A stretch of DNA of 20,494 bases from Pseudomonadota bacterium (GCA_043818055.1 JBDRGF010000139.1:1-20494), one strand, 5' to 3'; numbered from the stretch's first letter, positions 1 through 7,533 are shown. The notes: generated by a model from the sequence alone, not told the origin. Made by a program: numbers and translations.

Positions 1-29
1 AAAAAGCCCTCTTAGCAGCAAATGATCCC

Positions 30-58
30 TTGCTTAACCTCAAGTTCGATAATATGCT
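30..58 (+). promoter_or_regulatory. Putative sigma70 promoter giving a leaderless rlpA transcript
   Basis: TTGCTT (30-35), 17-bp spacer, TATGCT (53-58). The ATG at 65 lies 7 nt downstream and has no Shine-Dalgarno. Confidence 0.35.
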
Positions 59-64
59 TTTCCC

Positions 65-493
65 ATGCATAGGAAACTCTTCAGTTTCTTCATCTGCTTT
101 TTAGCATTTACCATCGTTATGCTTTCCGCTTGCAGTCACTATCAACCGAAGTTCAAACATATACGAAAAATTGAGCATCATCATCCCAAAAAACGATCCA
201 AAATTATCCAAACAGGAATGGCATCGTGGTACGGCCCTGGTTTTGCGGGAAGAAAGACAGCAAACGGGGAAAGATTTAATCCGATGGACATGACAGCCGC
301 ACACAAAACGCTCCCTTTCAACACGATGGTAAAGGTCATCAATCTGGATAATAAAAAAGCCGTCATCGTGCGCATCAACGACCGCGGACCATTTATCAAA
401 AACAGAATTATCGACCTCTCCAAAAAAGCTGCCATAGACATCGGCATGATCCCGACTGGAACAGCAAAGGTAGCTATCGCTATGGTGGAATAG
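65..493 (+). CDS. rlpA: Septal ring lytic transglycosylase RlpA family lipoprotein (DPBB domain only)
   Basis: Lipobox LSAC; motifs GMASWYG, TANGERF, TAAHKTLPF, VRINDRGPF, RIIDLS. Confidence 0.93.
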   Translation: MHRKLFSFFICFLAFTIVMLSACSHYQPKFKHIRKIEHHHPKKRSKIIQTGMASWYGPGFAGRKTANGERFNPMDMTAAHKTLPFNTMVKVINLDNKKAVIVRINDRGPFIKNRIIDLSKKAAIDIGMIPTGTAKVAIAMVE

Positions 494-583
494 CCAGTTT
501 TCCCACTATAAATTCCCCAAAACCCCGTTAAAAATAAGCTGCAAAAAATATTTTGCCAATGAGGCAACCTTTTTCATGTTTCT

Positions 584-591
584 GCCGATAA
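584..591 (+). promoter_or_regulatory. Possible sigma28/FliA -10 element
   Basis: Exact GCCGATAA 32 nt upstream of the ATG at 624. The -35 position (about GCAAC, 564-568) is a weak match. Confidence 0.35.
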
Positions 592-623
592 TATATATGT
601 AGGGGGAATCTTGTTTAAACTAT

Positions 624-3506
624 ATGATAAATAAAAACACAGTAAAATCAGATAGATACATATCCATCCTAGATGAGTTTTATCGTATAGCCGGGGCAAA
701 AGGGATGATCAGGTACCGCCCCAACCTCAAAAAAATGTCCCTTTCTACCGATTACGAGAGACGCTATCAAAGAGAAAATTCCCTCTTCACTGAATTAAAA
801 AGCGACGTGGAGATTCAAATAGACGGTTGTGTGCTGGAAAAGAACAAGGGTGAATGTAAAAAATGGAATAGCAGATTGCTCTTTTTTAAAGATAACAAAA
901 TCGATTTAAAAGAGTTTCTCACCCTCAGAGGCCTCGACAGAAATAATAAAATTCTCGAAAACTATCTCAAACACTGGACAAAGGATGGAGAGAGCATCAC
1001 ACCCTTTCCACTTCTTGAAAAATTTGGAAGAAAGATCTTTGATTCACTCATAAATAAATCTGGAAGATATGGTCTAATTATCTTTCTTGAAGTCAACTCC
1101 CTTCATAGTTCAATCAAAAGCAAAAAAGAGCTTATAAAAATTTGGAATATTTTGATCAAATTGCATCGTTTTTACTTTCTCAAAGGACATGGTCGTAATC
1201 AAAAAAGAGAATATCGCGATCATGTAAATATCAAGCGCTGGAATTTTTTTAAACTGCAATCACGTGTCATTCAGAAATTTGGGATTCGATGGTTTATTAA
1301 AATGGCACATATGCACAAAGCATGGACCTATGATTACCTAACAAAATTTCCATTGTTGCTCGTAAAACGTGGACCTGAGAAATTTATCAACATTCTCAAT
1401 AAAGAAAAGGAATTCGCAATAATTTCAAATGTTCCTAACCAGCTCATATTAAGATTCATCAATAAATCCAACGCACATCATTTCAAAGGCGGCTGGACCG
1501 AGATCTATTCCATTCTCGACAATCTTAAAAACCGAATTCATAGTTCATCGGAATTGCTTTTACTTTATAAACGGCTCTCATCAGTCAAACCTAATAAAAT
1601 AGCACTACTTGATCTTTTTATGCCATTCTTCCTATGGCACGCGAAAGGAAAATCGAATCCGGAATTGATAAGTTCCGCTTCACAATTCACCGATGCAATC
1701 CTAAGAAAGCTTCCTCACACAAAACAACGTGACGCATTTAAAATTATTTTAAAAATCTTTCATAATCGGGGAGCGCTTGGATCACTCAATCAAGTAAAAA
1801 CAGTATCCACAACACTCGCATCTACATTAAACTCATTCCAAAAAGGATCATCGTTAGACATTTTGAAAAAGCTCGTTGGGATCTGTTTCACACTTAACAA
1901 ATCAAAGCCTACATCATTGCTGTTACCCATGGTAAAACTTACAAATCGAATCTCCTCCTACACAAAATCAGATCGGCTCCAATTTAATATTTCTGGCATA
2001 ATAGCCAAACTTCACGAGATTGGCTGCATACAATCGCTACCTGATCTGGAAAGAATCTCAAATTTCGTCGCAAAAATAATCGTAGATTTCAGGATTACCA
2101 TTCCCCACTTCTTCGTAGACAAATTTTGGAGTAGTATCGGCATGTATCTGCTCCCTACAATTCGAACGGGGCCTCATTCACTCAGCATCGTTCTGCAAAC
2201 CATGTTAAAATTGAACCGCGGACTCGGAAAAAGATCAAAATTTTTCTTTTACAAAATATTTCCAAAAATCTTTCTTCAATTTCCAACACCTGAAAAGCTC
2301 CAACAGTTTGCTCAGCAGCTACTTAAACTTGACAGAAGGCTAAGATTGCCATTTCTCTTTTTTCTCCTTAAAAGAACAAAATCAAAGATTGACATCTTTC
2401 GATTGATGAATGACTTCAAAGCAAAACAGCGAATTCTTATTAGAATATCTGATCTCCTGGGAAGAAAAAACAACATCCGGCTACATACTAAAGTTAATAT
2501 CATTCAAAACAGTTACTATCTTTTCCGATATTTCTTCAATTCGTTCTATCTTCCGAGCAAGCAGGAGTTAAAGAATTTATACATCGTGTTGAATTATCGA
2601 CCACTGAAACCAGCACGACTCGCTTTCTTAAGATTCATCCGCGATCATGGAAACGGCAATTTAAATCTATTTTACTTGATCTATCTCAAAAAAAATTATC
2701 TCGCAATTCGAAGAAAGCACCTCCAAGACAGTTGGATCGACAAGAGCACAGATATACTCATCTTCACACATGATCAACAAATAGAGGGTCATTCCCCATT
2801 TAACGGCAGGAAAATTAGAAATTCATTAAAACTATATGGCGCAACCAATAAGAATTTTCTGGGCAATAATCTTACAGGCGCAAAATCGAAACAAAAAATC
2901 TTAAGTCACATTCGAAGTGCACAGGGAAAACTTTTGATCTACTTCTCCGGACATGGTGCACGAAAAGTTCTCGGCCTCACAAAATCACGAGAAGCCGTGG
3001 AGAGTAAAGGCAGATGCACAGATAATAGCTGTATTTCCTTTAAAGAGCTGGGAGACGCCCTGATCGCCAGAGGTAATCTCCACAAAGTAAAAATTGTGCT
3101 TTATAGCTGTTATTCAAATGACTTTGAGAGAAACTTGAGGCGATATCTAACATCCAAAGGAATAATGAGACAACCTATGATCGTTACTGCTGCCAATCGT
3201 GACTCCATTGCCAAAGCTATCTTTAGTGCACCCTATAAGTTTTTAAAAATGATTCCGATTGTTGGCCCCCTGATGTCACAGGCGTTTATCGCGGGTAATA
3301 TCTCGCAAACCTTAAAAGAGTTATATATGGAAAGAAAACGAAGGGGCACATTTCGTAACATCCGCCAACAAAAATCCGGACTCAGGACGCTCGATTTCCT
3401 CGCTGTCTTTAAGAGTTCTATAATGAAATTATTGCACAACAACGGCACGATCTCCGTCTCCCACTTCTTCCCCGGCAAGGGTTGGCGAACGGTGTATATT
3501 CGATAG
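624..3506 (+). CDS. Large Lys/Leu-rich hypothetical protein with C-terminal caspase-like (clan CD) cysteine peptidase domain
   Basis: 960-aa ORF. The C-terminus has LLIYFSGHG and KIVLYSCYS, the His-Gly and Cys dyad after hydrophobic strands, followed by IVTAA. The N-terminal ~700 aa are unrecognised. Confidence 0.65.
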   Translation: MINKNTVKSDRYISILDEFYRIAGAKGMIRYRPNLKKMSLSTDYERRYQRENSLFTELKSDVEIQIDGCVLEKNKGECKKWNSRLLFFKDNKIDLKEFLTLRGLDRNNKILENYLKHWTKDGESITPFPLLEKFGRKIFDSLINKSGRYGLIIFLEVNSLHSSIKSKKELIKIWNILIKLHRFYFLKGHGRNQKREYRDHVNIKRWNFFKLQSRVIQKFGIRWFIKMAHMHKAWTYDYLTKFPLLLVKRGPEKFINILNKEKEFAIISNVPNQLILRFINKSNAHHFKGGWTEIYSILDNLKNRIHSSSELLLLYKRLSSVKPNKIALLDLFMPFFLWHAKGKSNPELISSASQFTDAILRKLPHTKQRDAFKIILKIFHNRGALGSLNQVKTVSTTLASTLNSFQKGSSLDILKKLVGICFTLNKSKPTSLLLPMVKLTNRISSYTKSDRLQFNISGIIAKLHEIGCIQSLPDLERISNFVAKIIVDFRITIPHFFVDKFWSSIGMYLLPTIRTGPHSLSIVLQTMLKLNRGLGKRSKFFFYKIFPKIFLQFPTPEKLQQFAQQLLKLDRRLRLPFLFFLLKRTKSKIDIFRLMNDFKAKQRILIRISDLLGRKNNIRLHTKVNIIQNSYYLFRYFFNSFYLPSKQELKNLYIVLNYRPLKPARLAFLRFIRDHGNGNLNLFYLIYLKKNYLAIRRKHLQDSWIDKSTDILIFTHDQQIEGHSPFNGRKIRNSLKLYGATNKNFLGNNLTGAKSKQKILSHIRSAQGKLLIYFSGHGARKVLGLTKSREAVESKGRCTDNSCISFKELGDALIARGNLHKVKIVLYSCYSNDFERNLRRYLTSKGIMRQPMIVTAANRDSIAKAIFSAPYKFLKMIPIVGPLMSQAFIAGNISQTLKELYMERKRRGTFRNIRQQKSGLRTLDFLAVFKSSIMKLLHNNGTISVSHFFPGKGWRTVYIR

Positions 3507-3558
3507 ATAAATAACCTTCATGCGTTTGCTACACACAACCACCATTGACGCTATCCAC

Positions 3559-3675
3559 AAACTCAGCGAAACCCCATCAAATTATGCAGTTTTCGCTGAG
3601 TTTATTGTTATACCCAGCGAAAATATGGTTAGAAGTTGACTTTTCGCTGAGTTTATCGTTATACTCAGCGAAAAT
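3559..3675. repeat. Tandem imperfect palindromes with 51-bp period (probable operators)
   Basis: TTTTCGCTGAGTTTATYGTTATACYCAGCGAAAAT at 3590-3624 and 3641-3675 (33/35 identical), plus a half site CTCAGCGAAA at 3562-3571, exactly one period upstream. Confidence 0.85.
3636..3665 (+). promoter_or_regulatory. Putative sigma70 promoter of the ATPase gene, overlapped by the last palindrome
   Basis: TTGACT (3636-3641), 18-bp spacer, TATACT (3660-3665); SD AAGGAGG at 3693-3699. Confidence 0.55.
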
Positions 3676-3708
3676 TGACGTATTTAGATCTAAAGGAGGC
3701 TTTGATAT

Positions 3709-5166
3709 ATGGATCAGATTATAGGGAGAAGAGAGGAATTAAAAACTTTGGAGAACATATACAGCTCAAATGAAGCTGAACTTTTAGCCATATATGGAAG
3801 AAGACGGGTTGGTAAAACCTTTTTAATTAACAAATTCTTCAGAGATAAGGGTGTCTATTTTGAGCTTACCGGGACAAAAGATGCCAAAGCACATGAACAG
3901 CTCATCAATTTCACTGCCGAGCTATCTCGCGTATTTCTACACGGAGAAAAGCGTGCAGCCCCTGCCAATTGGACAGAAGCATTTACATGTTTGAGAAATG
4001 AAATCGAAAAAATAGAGGAAAAAAGAAAAATCATACTATTCTTTGACGAACTTCCATGGTTAGCCTCCCAAAAATCAGGATTTCTTCAGGCCTTAGAGCA
4101 CTTCTGGAACAGATATATCTCCAGAGACAAGAGAATCATCACGATTATATGCGGATCGGCAGCATCATGGATGATCAAAAATATCATACATAGCAAAGGA
4201 GGTCTTCACAACAGAGTCACTAAAAAAATACGACTCCTCCCCTTCACATTGTCCGAAACCGAAGAGTTCCTAAATTCACGCAATATCAATTTGGATAGAA
4301 AACAAATTACAGAAATTTATATGGCTACCGGAGGCGTTGCGCAATATCTTAGATATATTGAGCGGGGAAAGTCGGCCACTCAAGTAATAAATGATATATG
4401 CTTTAACAGAAACGGGGAACTTTTTGATGAATTCGATAAACTCTATCGATCACTATTCGGCAGCTATGAAAATCATATTAATATAATAAAAGCCCTATCG
4501 AAAAAAAACTCAGGCTTAACAAAAGACGAATTATTAAAAGAAGTCAATTTAAAATCGGGAGGAACATCGAGCAAAACAATAAAAGAGCTGGAAGAAGCAG
4601 GCTTCATTGCATATATCCCCACTTTTGAAAAAAAGAAAGTGAGCGGACGATATAGGCTAATTGATGAATACTCACTTTTTTATTTAACATGGATAGTGGA
4701 AGCTCCAAATTCAAGCCTTGAAGGAGTCGATAAAGACTATTGGATAAAAAAACGAACAACCAGAAAATGGAGCACCTGGTCTGGCTACGCCTTCGAAAAT
4801 ATCTGTTTCAAACACATAACCAAAATCAAAGCAGCACTTGGAATATCAGGAGTGAGTACTTTAGAATCAAGTTGGTCTTACACACCCCCAAATCAGAGTA
4901 AAACAAAAGGTGCGCAGATCGACATGATAATTGATCGGGAAGATAATTGTATTAATCTATGTGAGATGAAATATTACAACTCAGAATTTACCATAGATAA
5001 AGGGTATGCAGAAAAACTAATGAACAAAAAAAACACCTTTAAAGAAAAAACAAATACCCGAAAGACTCTCTTCACTACCATGATCAGCACATATGGCACA
5101 AAAAAAAATGAACACTATCTCTCGGCTGTGGAGAATCAATTAATAATCGACGATCTTTTTGAATAA
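3709..5166 (+). CDS. AAA ATPase (archaeal-ATPase/ATPase_2-like) with winged helix and C-terminal PD-(D/E)XK-like domain
   Basis: IIGRREEL start, Walker A GRRRVGKT, Walker B FFDELPW, CGS sensor, TGGVAQYL, and C-terminal GAQIDMIID...LCEMKY. Confidence 0.88.
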   Translation: MDQIIGRREELKTLENIYSSNEAELLAIYGRRRVGKTFLINKFFRDKGVYFELTGTKDAKAHEQLINFTAELSRVFLHGEKRAAPANWTEAFTCLRNEIEKIEEKRKIILFFDELPWLASQKSGFLQALEHFWNRYISRDKRIITIICGSAASWMIKNIIHSKGGLHNRVTKKIRLLPFTLSETEEFLNSRNINLDRKQITEIYMATGGVAQYLRYIERGKSATQVINDICFNRNGELFDEFDKLYRSLFGSYENHINIIKALSKKNSGLTKDELLKEVNLKSGGTSSKTIKELEEAGFIAYIPTFEKKKVSGRYRLIDEYSLFYLTWIVEAPNSSLEGVDKDYWIKKRTTRKWSTWSGYAFENICFKHITKIKAALGISGVSTLESSWSYTPPNQSKTKGAQIDMIIDREDNCINLCEMKYYNSEFTIDKGYAEKLMNKKNTFKEKTNTRKTLFTTMISTYGTKKNEHYLSAVENQLIIDDLFE

Positions 5167-5195
5167 TGAAATAGTATAACAACAACGGCACGATC
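5163..5195 (+). repeat. Diverged copy of a segment near the 3' end of the protease gene (3420-3452)
   Basis: 28/33 nt identical and ungapped, including a 17-bp exact match ACAACAACGGCACGATC. Confidence 0.65.
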
Positions 5196-5221
5196 ACTGT
5201 GCGCAACCCAAACACCACATC

Positions 5222-5305
5222 ATCGACCTCTCCAAAAAAAACGCCATAGACATCGGCATGATTGGCACTGGTACGGCTAAAGTAGCTATTGCTGTGGTGG
5301 ATTAA
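5222..5305 (+). pseudogene. rlpA: Orphan 3' end of an rlpA allele (copy of 410-493)
   Basis: Encodes IDLSKKNAIDIGMIGTGTAKVAIAVVD* versus IDLSKKAAIDIGMIPTGTAKVAIAMVE*; 69/84 nt identical, ungapped. Confidence 0.9.
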
Positions 5306-5314
5306 ATCATTATT

Positions 5315-6004
5315 TTAATCTTTTTTCGGAAATGTCCAGAGGTAGGCGTCTTTGGCAACTCCGGCATCTGTCGCCTGCTGCCTTAGCTTTTCGGCCTCTC
5401 CACGGGTAAGATTTGAACCTATCACTACGGAATAATACTCACTATCGCCATACGGCTCATAAACTTGAGCATTAAAATCTTTGAATTTCTTGTTGATCAC
5501 GCGCGCCGCCCAGCCGGCATCTTCCGGCAATTTGAAAGAACCGGCTATAACAAACCAGACGTTGTTGGGAGATTGAAACGTAAACCCTCGCCACACTTGC
5601 TGTGAAATACTCTCCTGCGGCATGGAAAATTGCTTGAGCGCCCTCTCTCCCTCATCCGAATTTTGAGCATACGCATCCGTGATAGAAAAAATTGCCGAAA
5701 CAGGGTTGGCCATCGGCGGTTCAGGAAGGTTGAGTGCTTCACCATTCGCAGAATTAATGAACGCGGCTACGACAAACGGCGCCAGAATGCCAAGCTCCAC
5801 TAGCCTCTTGGGACGAGATTCGTCATGAATCGCTGCCCAGATGCCGCCTATGAACATCGCAGACACCCCTCTTAACAGAGCTCCGAGCAAAACCATCGCG
5901 GTCATCCCGAGCAATATTGTTTTGTGATCCGCTATGGCAAGCGTCGCACCGAAAGGAACAATGCCGCCGAGCGCCCCATATAAAAATTTTCTCGAGAATT
6001 TCAT
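5315..6004 (-). CDS. Membrane protein with C-terminal SPOR-like peptidoglycan-binding domain
   Basis: N-terminal hydrophobic helices; C-terminal WFVIAGSF...A...YYSVVIG...TRGEAEKLR pattern; purine-rich RBS upstream. Confidence 0.7.
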   Translation of the reverse strand: MKFSRKFLYGALGGIVPFGATLAIADHKTILLGMTAMVLLGALLRGVSAMFIGGIWAAIHDESRPKRLVELGILAPFVVAAFINSANGEALNLPEPPMANPVSAIFSITDAYAQNSDEGERALKQFSMPQESISQQVWRGFTFQSPNNVWFVIAGSFKLPEDAGWAARVINKKFKDFNAQVYEPYGDSEYYSVVIGSNLTRGEAEKLRQQATDAGVAKDAYLWTFPKKD

Positions 6005-6021
6005 ATAACCCCCCTAAAAGC

Positions 6022-6082
6022 AGTCGCTGGTGACTGGTCGCTAGTCGCTGGTAGATCCGCTAGAGACTAGCGACTAGCGACC
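6022..6082. repeat. Inverted heptamer-repeat hairpin (AGTCGCT / TAGCGAC units)
   Basis: GGTCGCTAGTCGCTGGT (6036-6052) matches the reverse complement of ACTAGCGACTAGCGACC (6066-6082) at 16/17. Confidence 0.8.
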
Positions 6083-6087
6083 GATTT

Positions 6088-6522
6088 TTAATTCTTTGGA
6101 AATGCCTTTCCCTCTTCCTGTGCAGCTGAGGGCAGCGAGTTGTGCCATTGAACTATCCGCCATTTGCTATTTAAATTCTCAAGCACGCATGTCACCCTGC
6201 CGGGAATATTCAAACTCTTTCCATCAACCTTTGCAACAACTACAAAGTCAGCAGCCACCCACGAGACCTTTTCGAAAACCGAGACCGATATCCACTGCCA
6301 TTCCCATTTGAGCTCCTCGGATTGTTCAAAGTCGCGCTGCAGCTGTTTTCGAATTTCATTAGGGCCAATACGCTTCTCATCCGAACCGGTGCCTAAGAAT
6401 ACTATATCATGCTCCGGCGCAAAGAGCCCCATGATACCATCGATGTCCTTGTACATGTAATACTGATTAAACTGGTTTAAAACCTCCATCACAGCTGATT
6501 CAGTCTTAGTGTCGGCTTTCAT
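6088..6522 (-). CDS. SnoaL-like / NTF2 family protein
   Basis: DIDGIMGLFA, IVFLGT...RIG, GRVTCVL...WRIVQWHNS pattern; SD AAGGAG upstream. Confidence 0.85.
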   Translation of the reverse strand: MKADTKTESAVMEVLNQFNQYYMYKDIDGIMGLFAPEHDIVFLGTGSDEKRIGPNEIRKQLQRDFEQSEELKWEWQWISVSVFEKVSWVAADFVVVAKVDGKSLNIPGRVTCVLENLNSKWRIVQWHNSLPSAAQEEGKAFPKN

Positions 6523-6703
6523 AAAACACTCCTTTTTTATAAGGCTTTTGTTAACAACTTTTTACAGTAAGAATCAATATTAATCTAGTGCTTCGTCAAT
6601 TTAATTTTCACCAGTGGAGATATGATAATATTAAATTGTTTCGAGAGCTTGTGCCCTTCCTGACTATAAATAATTTAATAGATGAGGTGCTAGCTTAAAA
6701 AAC

Positions 6704-6733
6704 TTGATTATCTCTCTCCATCATATATAGAAT
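6704..6733 (+). promoter_or_regulatory. Putative sigma70 promoter upstream of the tRNA-Ser array
   Basis: TTGATT (6704-6709), 18-bp spacer, TAGAAT (6728-6733), just before the first tRNA fragment at 6747. Confidence 0.45.
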
Positions 6734-6746
6734 CCCTTGCTTTATC

Positions 6747-6791
6747 GGAAGGATGCCGGAGTGGTTGCGGGTCCCCGAAGGGGAAAAACCG
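6747..6791 (+). pseudogene. tRNA-Ser 5' fragment A with hairpin at the anticodon region
   Basis: GGAAGGATGCCGGAGTGGTTG, then TCCCCGAAGGGGA, then AAAACCG; homologous to the 5' half of 7405-7495. Confidence 0.7.
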
Positions 6792-6820
6792 TGAGAGCTA
6801 TTTGAAAATTTGTTGCAATC

Positions 6821-6962
6821 GGAGAGGTGCCGGAGTGGTTGCACCACGGGCATAGAAAGCTGTAACGACTAGCGACGATTAAAACCGCCGCCAGCATAAC
6901 ATCTTTCTAAACGGCTGCGGTCTCGTCAGCCAGAGGCTGATCCGCCTTAGGCGGAAAAACCG
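6821..6962 (+). pseudogene. tRNA-Ser 5' fragment B with insertions in the D loop and anticodon loop
   Basis: First 21 nt are identical to the intact tRNA. A ~68-nt insert (6842-6909) follows, then GCGGTCTCG, two 15-nt palindromes (6926-6955) and AAAACCG. Confidence 0.8.
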
Positions 6963-6993
6963 TGAGAGCTATTTGACAATTGAGCAATCGGGT

Positions 6994-7111
6994 GGAGGGA
7001 TGCCGGAGCGGTTGAACGGGGCGGTCTCGAAAACCGCTGTCCCGCTTTGCGGGACCCAGGGTTCGCCCTGTCATACGACAGGGCGCCCTGTTGAATAACA
7101 GGGCGAATCCC
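6994..7111 (+). pseudogene. tRNA-Ser(CGA) copy C with a 40-nt double-hairpin insertion in the T loop, lacking the 3' acceptor strand
   Basis: Complete D, anticodon (CGA) and variable arms; GGGTTCG, insert 7066-7105, AATCCC; no acceptor 3' strand or CCA follows. Confidence 0.88.
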
Positions 7112-7122
7112 GGACAAATTAT

Positions 7123-7389
7123 ATGTACTACGTTTATATATTACACTTAGCGAACAACCAATTATACACAGGTTTTACGAGCGATTTAAAAAGAAGGATT
7201 AAAGAGCACGAAGGGGGAAAAGTTGAATCAACGAAACATAAAAGACCGTTAAAGCTGCTTCACTACGAAGCTTATCTCCTGGAGAGCGATGCGCGAAGAA
7301 GAGAAAAATATTTGAAAGGAAGTGAAGGTAAAAATTCATTGAGAAAACAGATTCGGGATATTTTGTTGAGCTTAAATAAAGAACTTTGA
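7123..7389 (+). CDS. Small stand-alone GIY-YIG nuclease family protein
   Basis: YYVYIL...LYTGFT...RRIKEH...ARRREKYLK, 88 aa. Confidence 0.92.
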   Translation: MYYVYILHLANNQLYTGFTSDLKRRIKEHEGGKVESTKHKRPLKLLHYEAYLLESDARRREKYLKGSEGKNSLRKQIRDILLSLNKEL

Positions 7390-7404
7390 CATTTCATTTC
7401 AATC

Positions 7405-7495
7405 GGAGAGGTGCCGGAGTGGTTGAACGGGGCGGTCTCGAAAACCGTTGTCCACTTTTAGTGGACCCAGGGTTCGAATCCCTGCCTCTCCGCCA
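7405..7495 (+). tRNA. tRNA-Ser (anticodon CGA), intact, CCA encoded
   Basis: Acceptor GGAGAGG/CCTCTCC plus GCCA; anticodon loop CT-CGA-AA; long variable arm GTCCACT-TTT-AGTGGAC; T arm CAGGG-TTCGAAT-CCCTG. Confidence 0.97.
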
Positions 7496-7533
7496 AAATA
7501 AATTTTCCCATGAAATGGGGAGATTTGTTTTGG
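7493..7533 (+). other. Long hairpin immediately after the tRNA (terminator or processing structure)
   Basis: CCAAAATAAATTTTCCCAT-GAA-ATGGGGAGATTTGTTTTGG forms a 19-bp stem with G-U pairs. Confidence 0.6.

Noticed and set aside
3559..3675. CRISPR array
   Set aside because: Only 2.5 units, 16-bp spacers are too short, no cas genes, and the repeat overlaps a promoter.
624..5166. Protease plus ATPase as one Avs/STAND-type defence operon
   Set aside because: The ATPase has its own promoter/operator and the scars suggest separate arrival; it lacks TPR/WD sensor repeats.
6597..6638. 9-bp inverted repeat CAATTTAAT/ATTAAATTG
   Set aside because: AT-rich and plausible by chance.
6994..7111. Second functional tRNA-Ser
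   Set aside because: The T loop is interrupted and the 3' acceptor strand and CCA are absent.
6994..7495. Group I intron with a GIY-YIG homing endonuclease splitting one tRNA
   Set aside because: The downstream tRNA is complete on its own rather than a 3' exon, and there is no room for a ribozyme core around the ORF.
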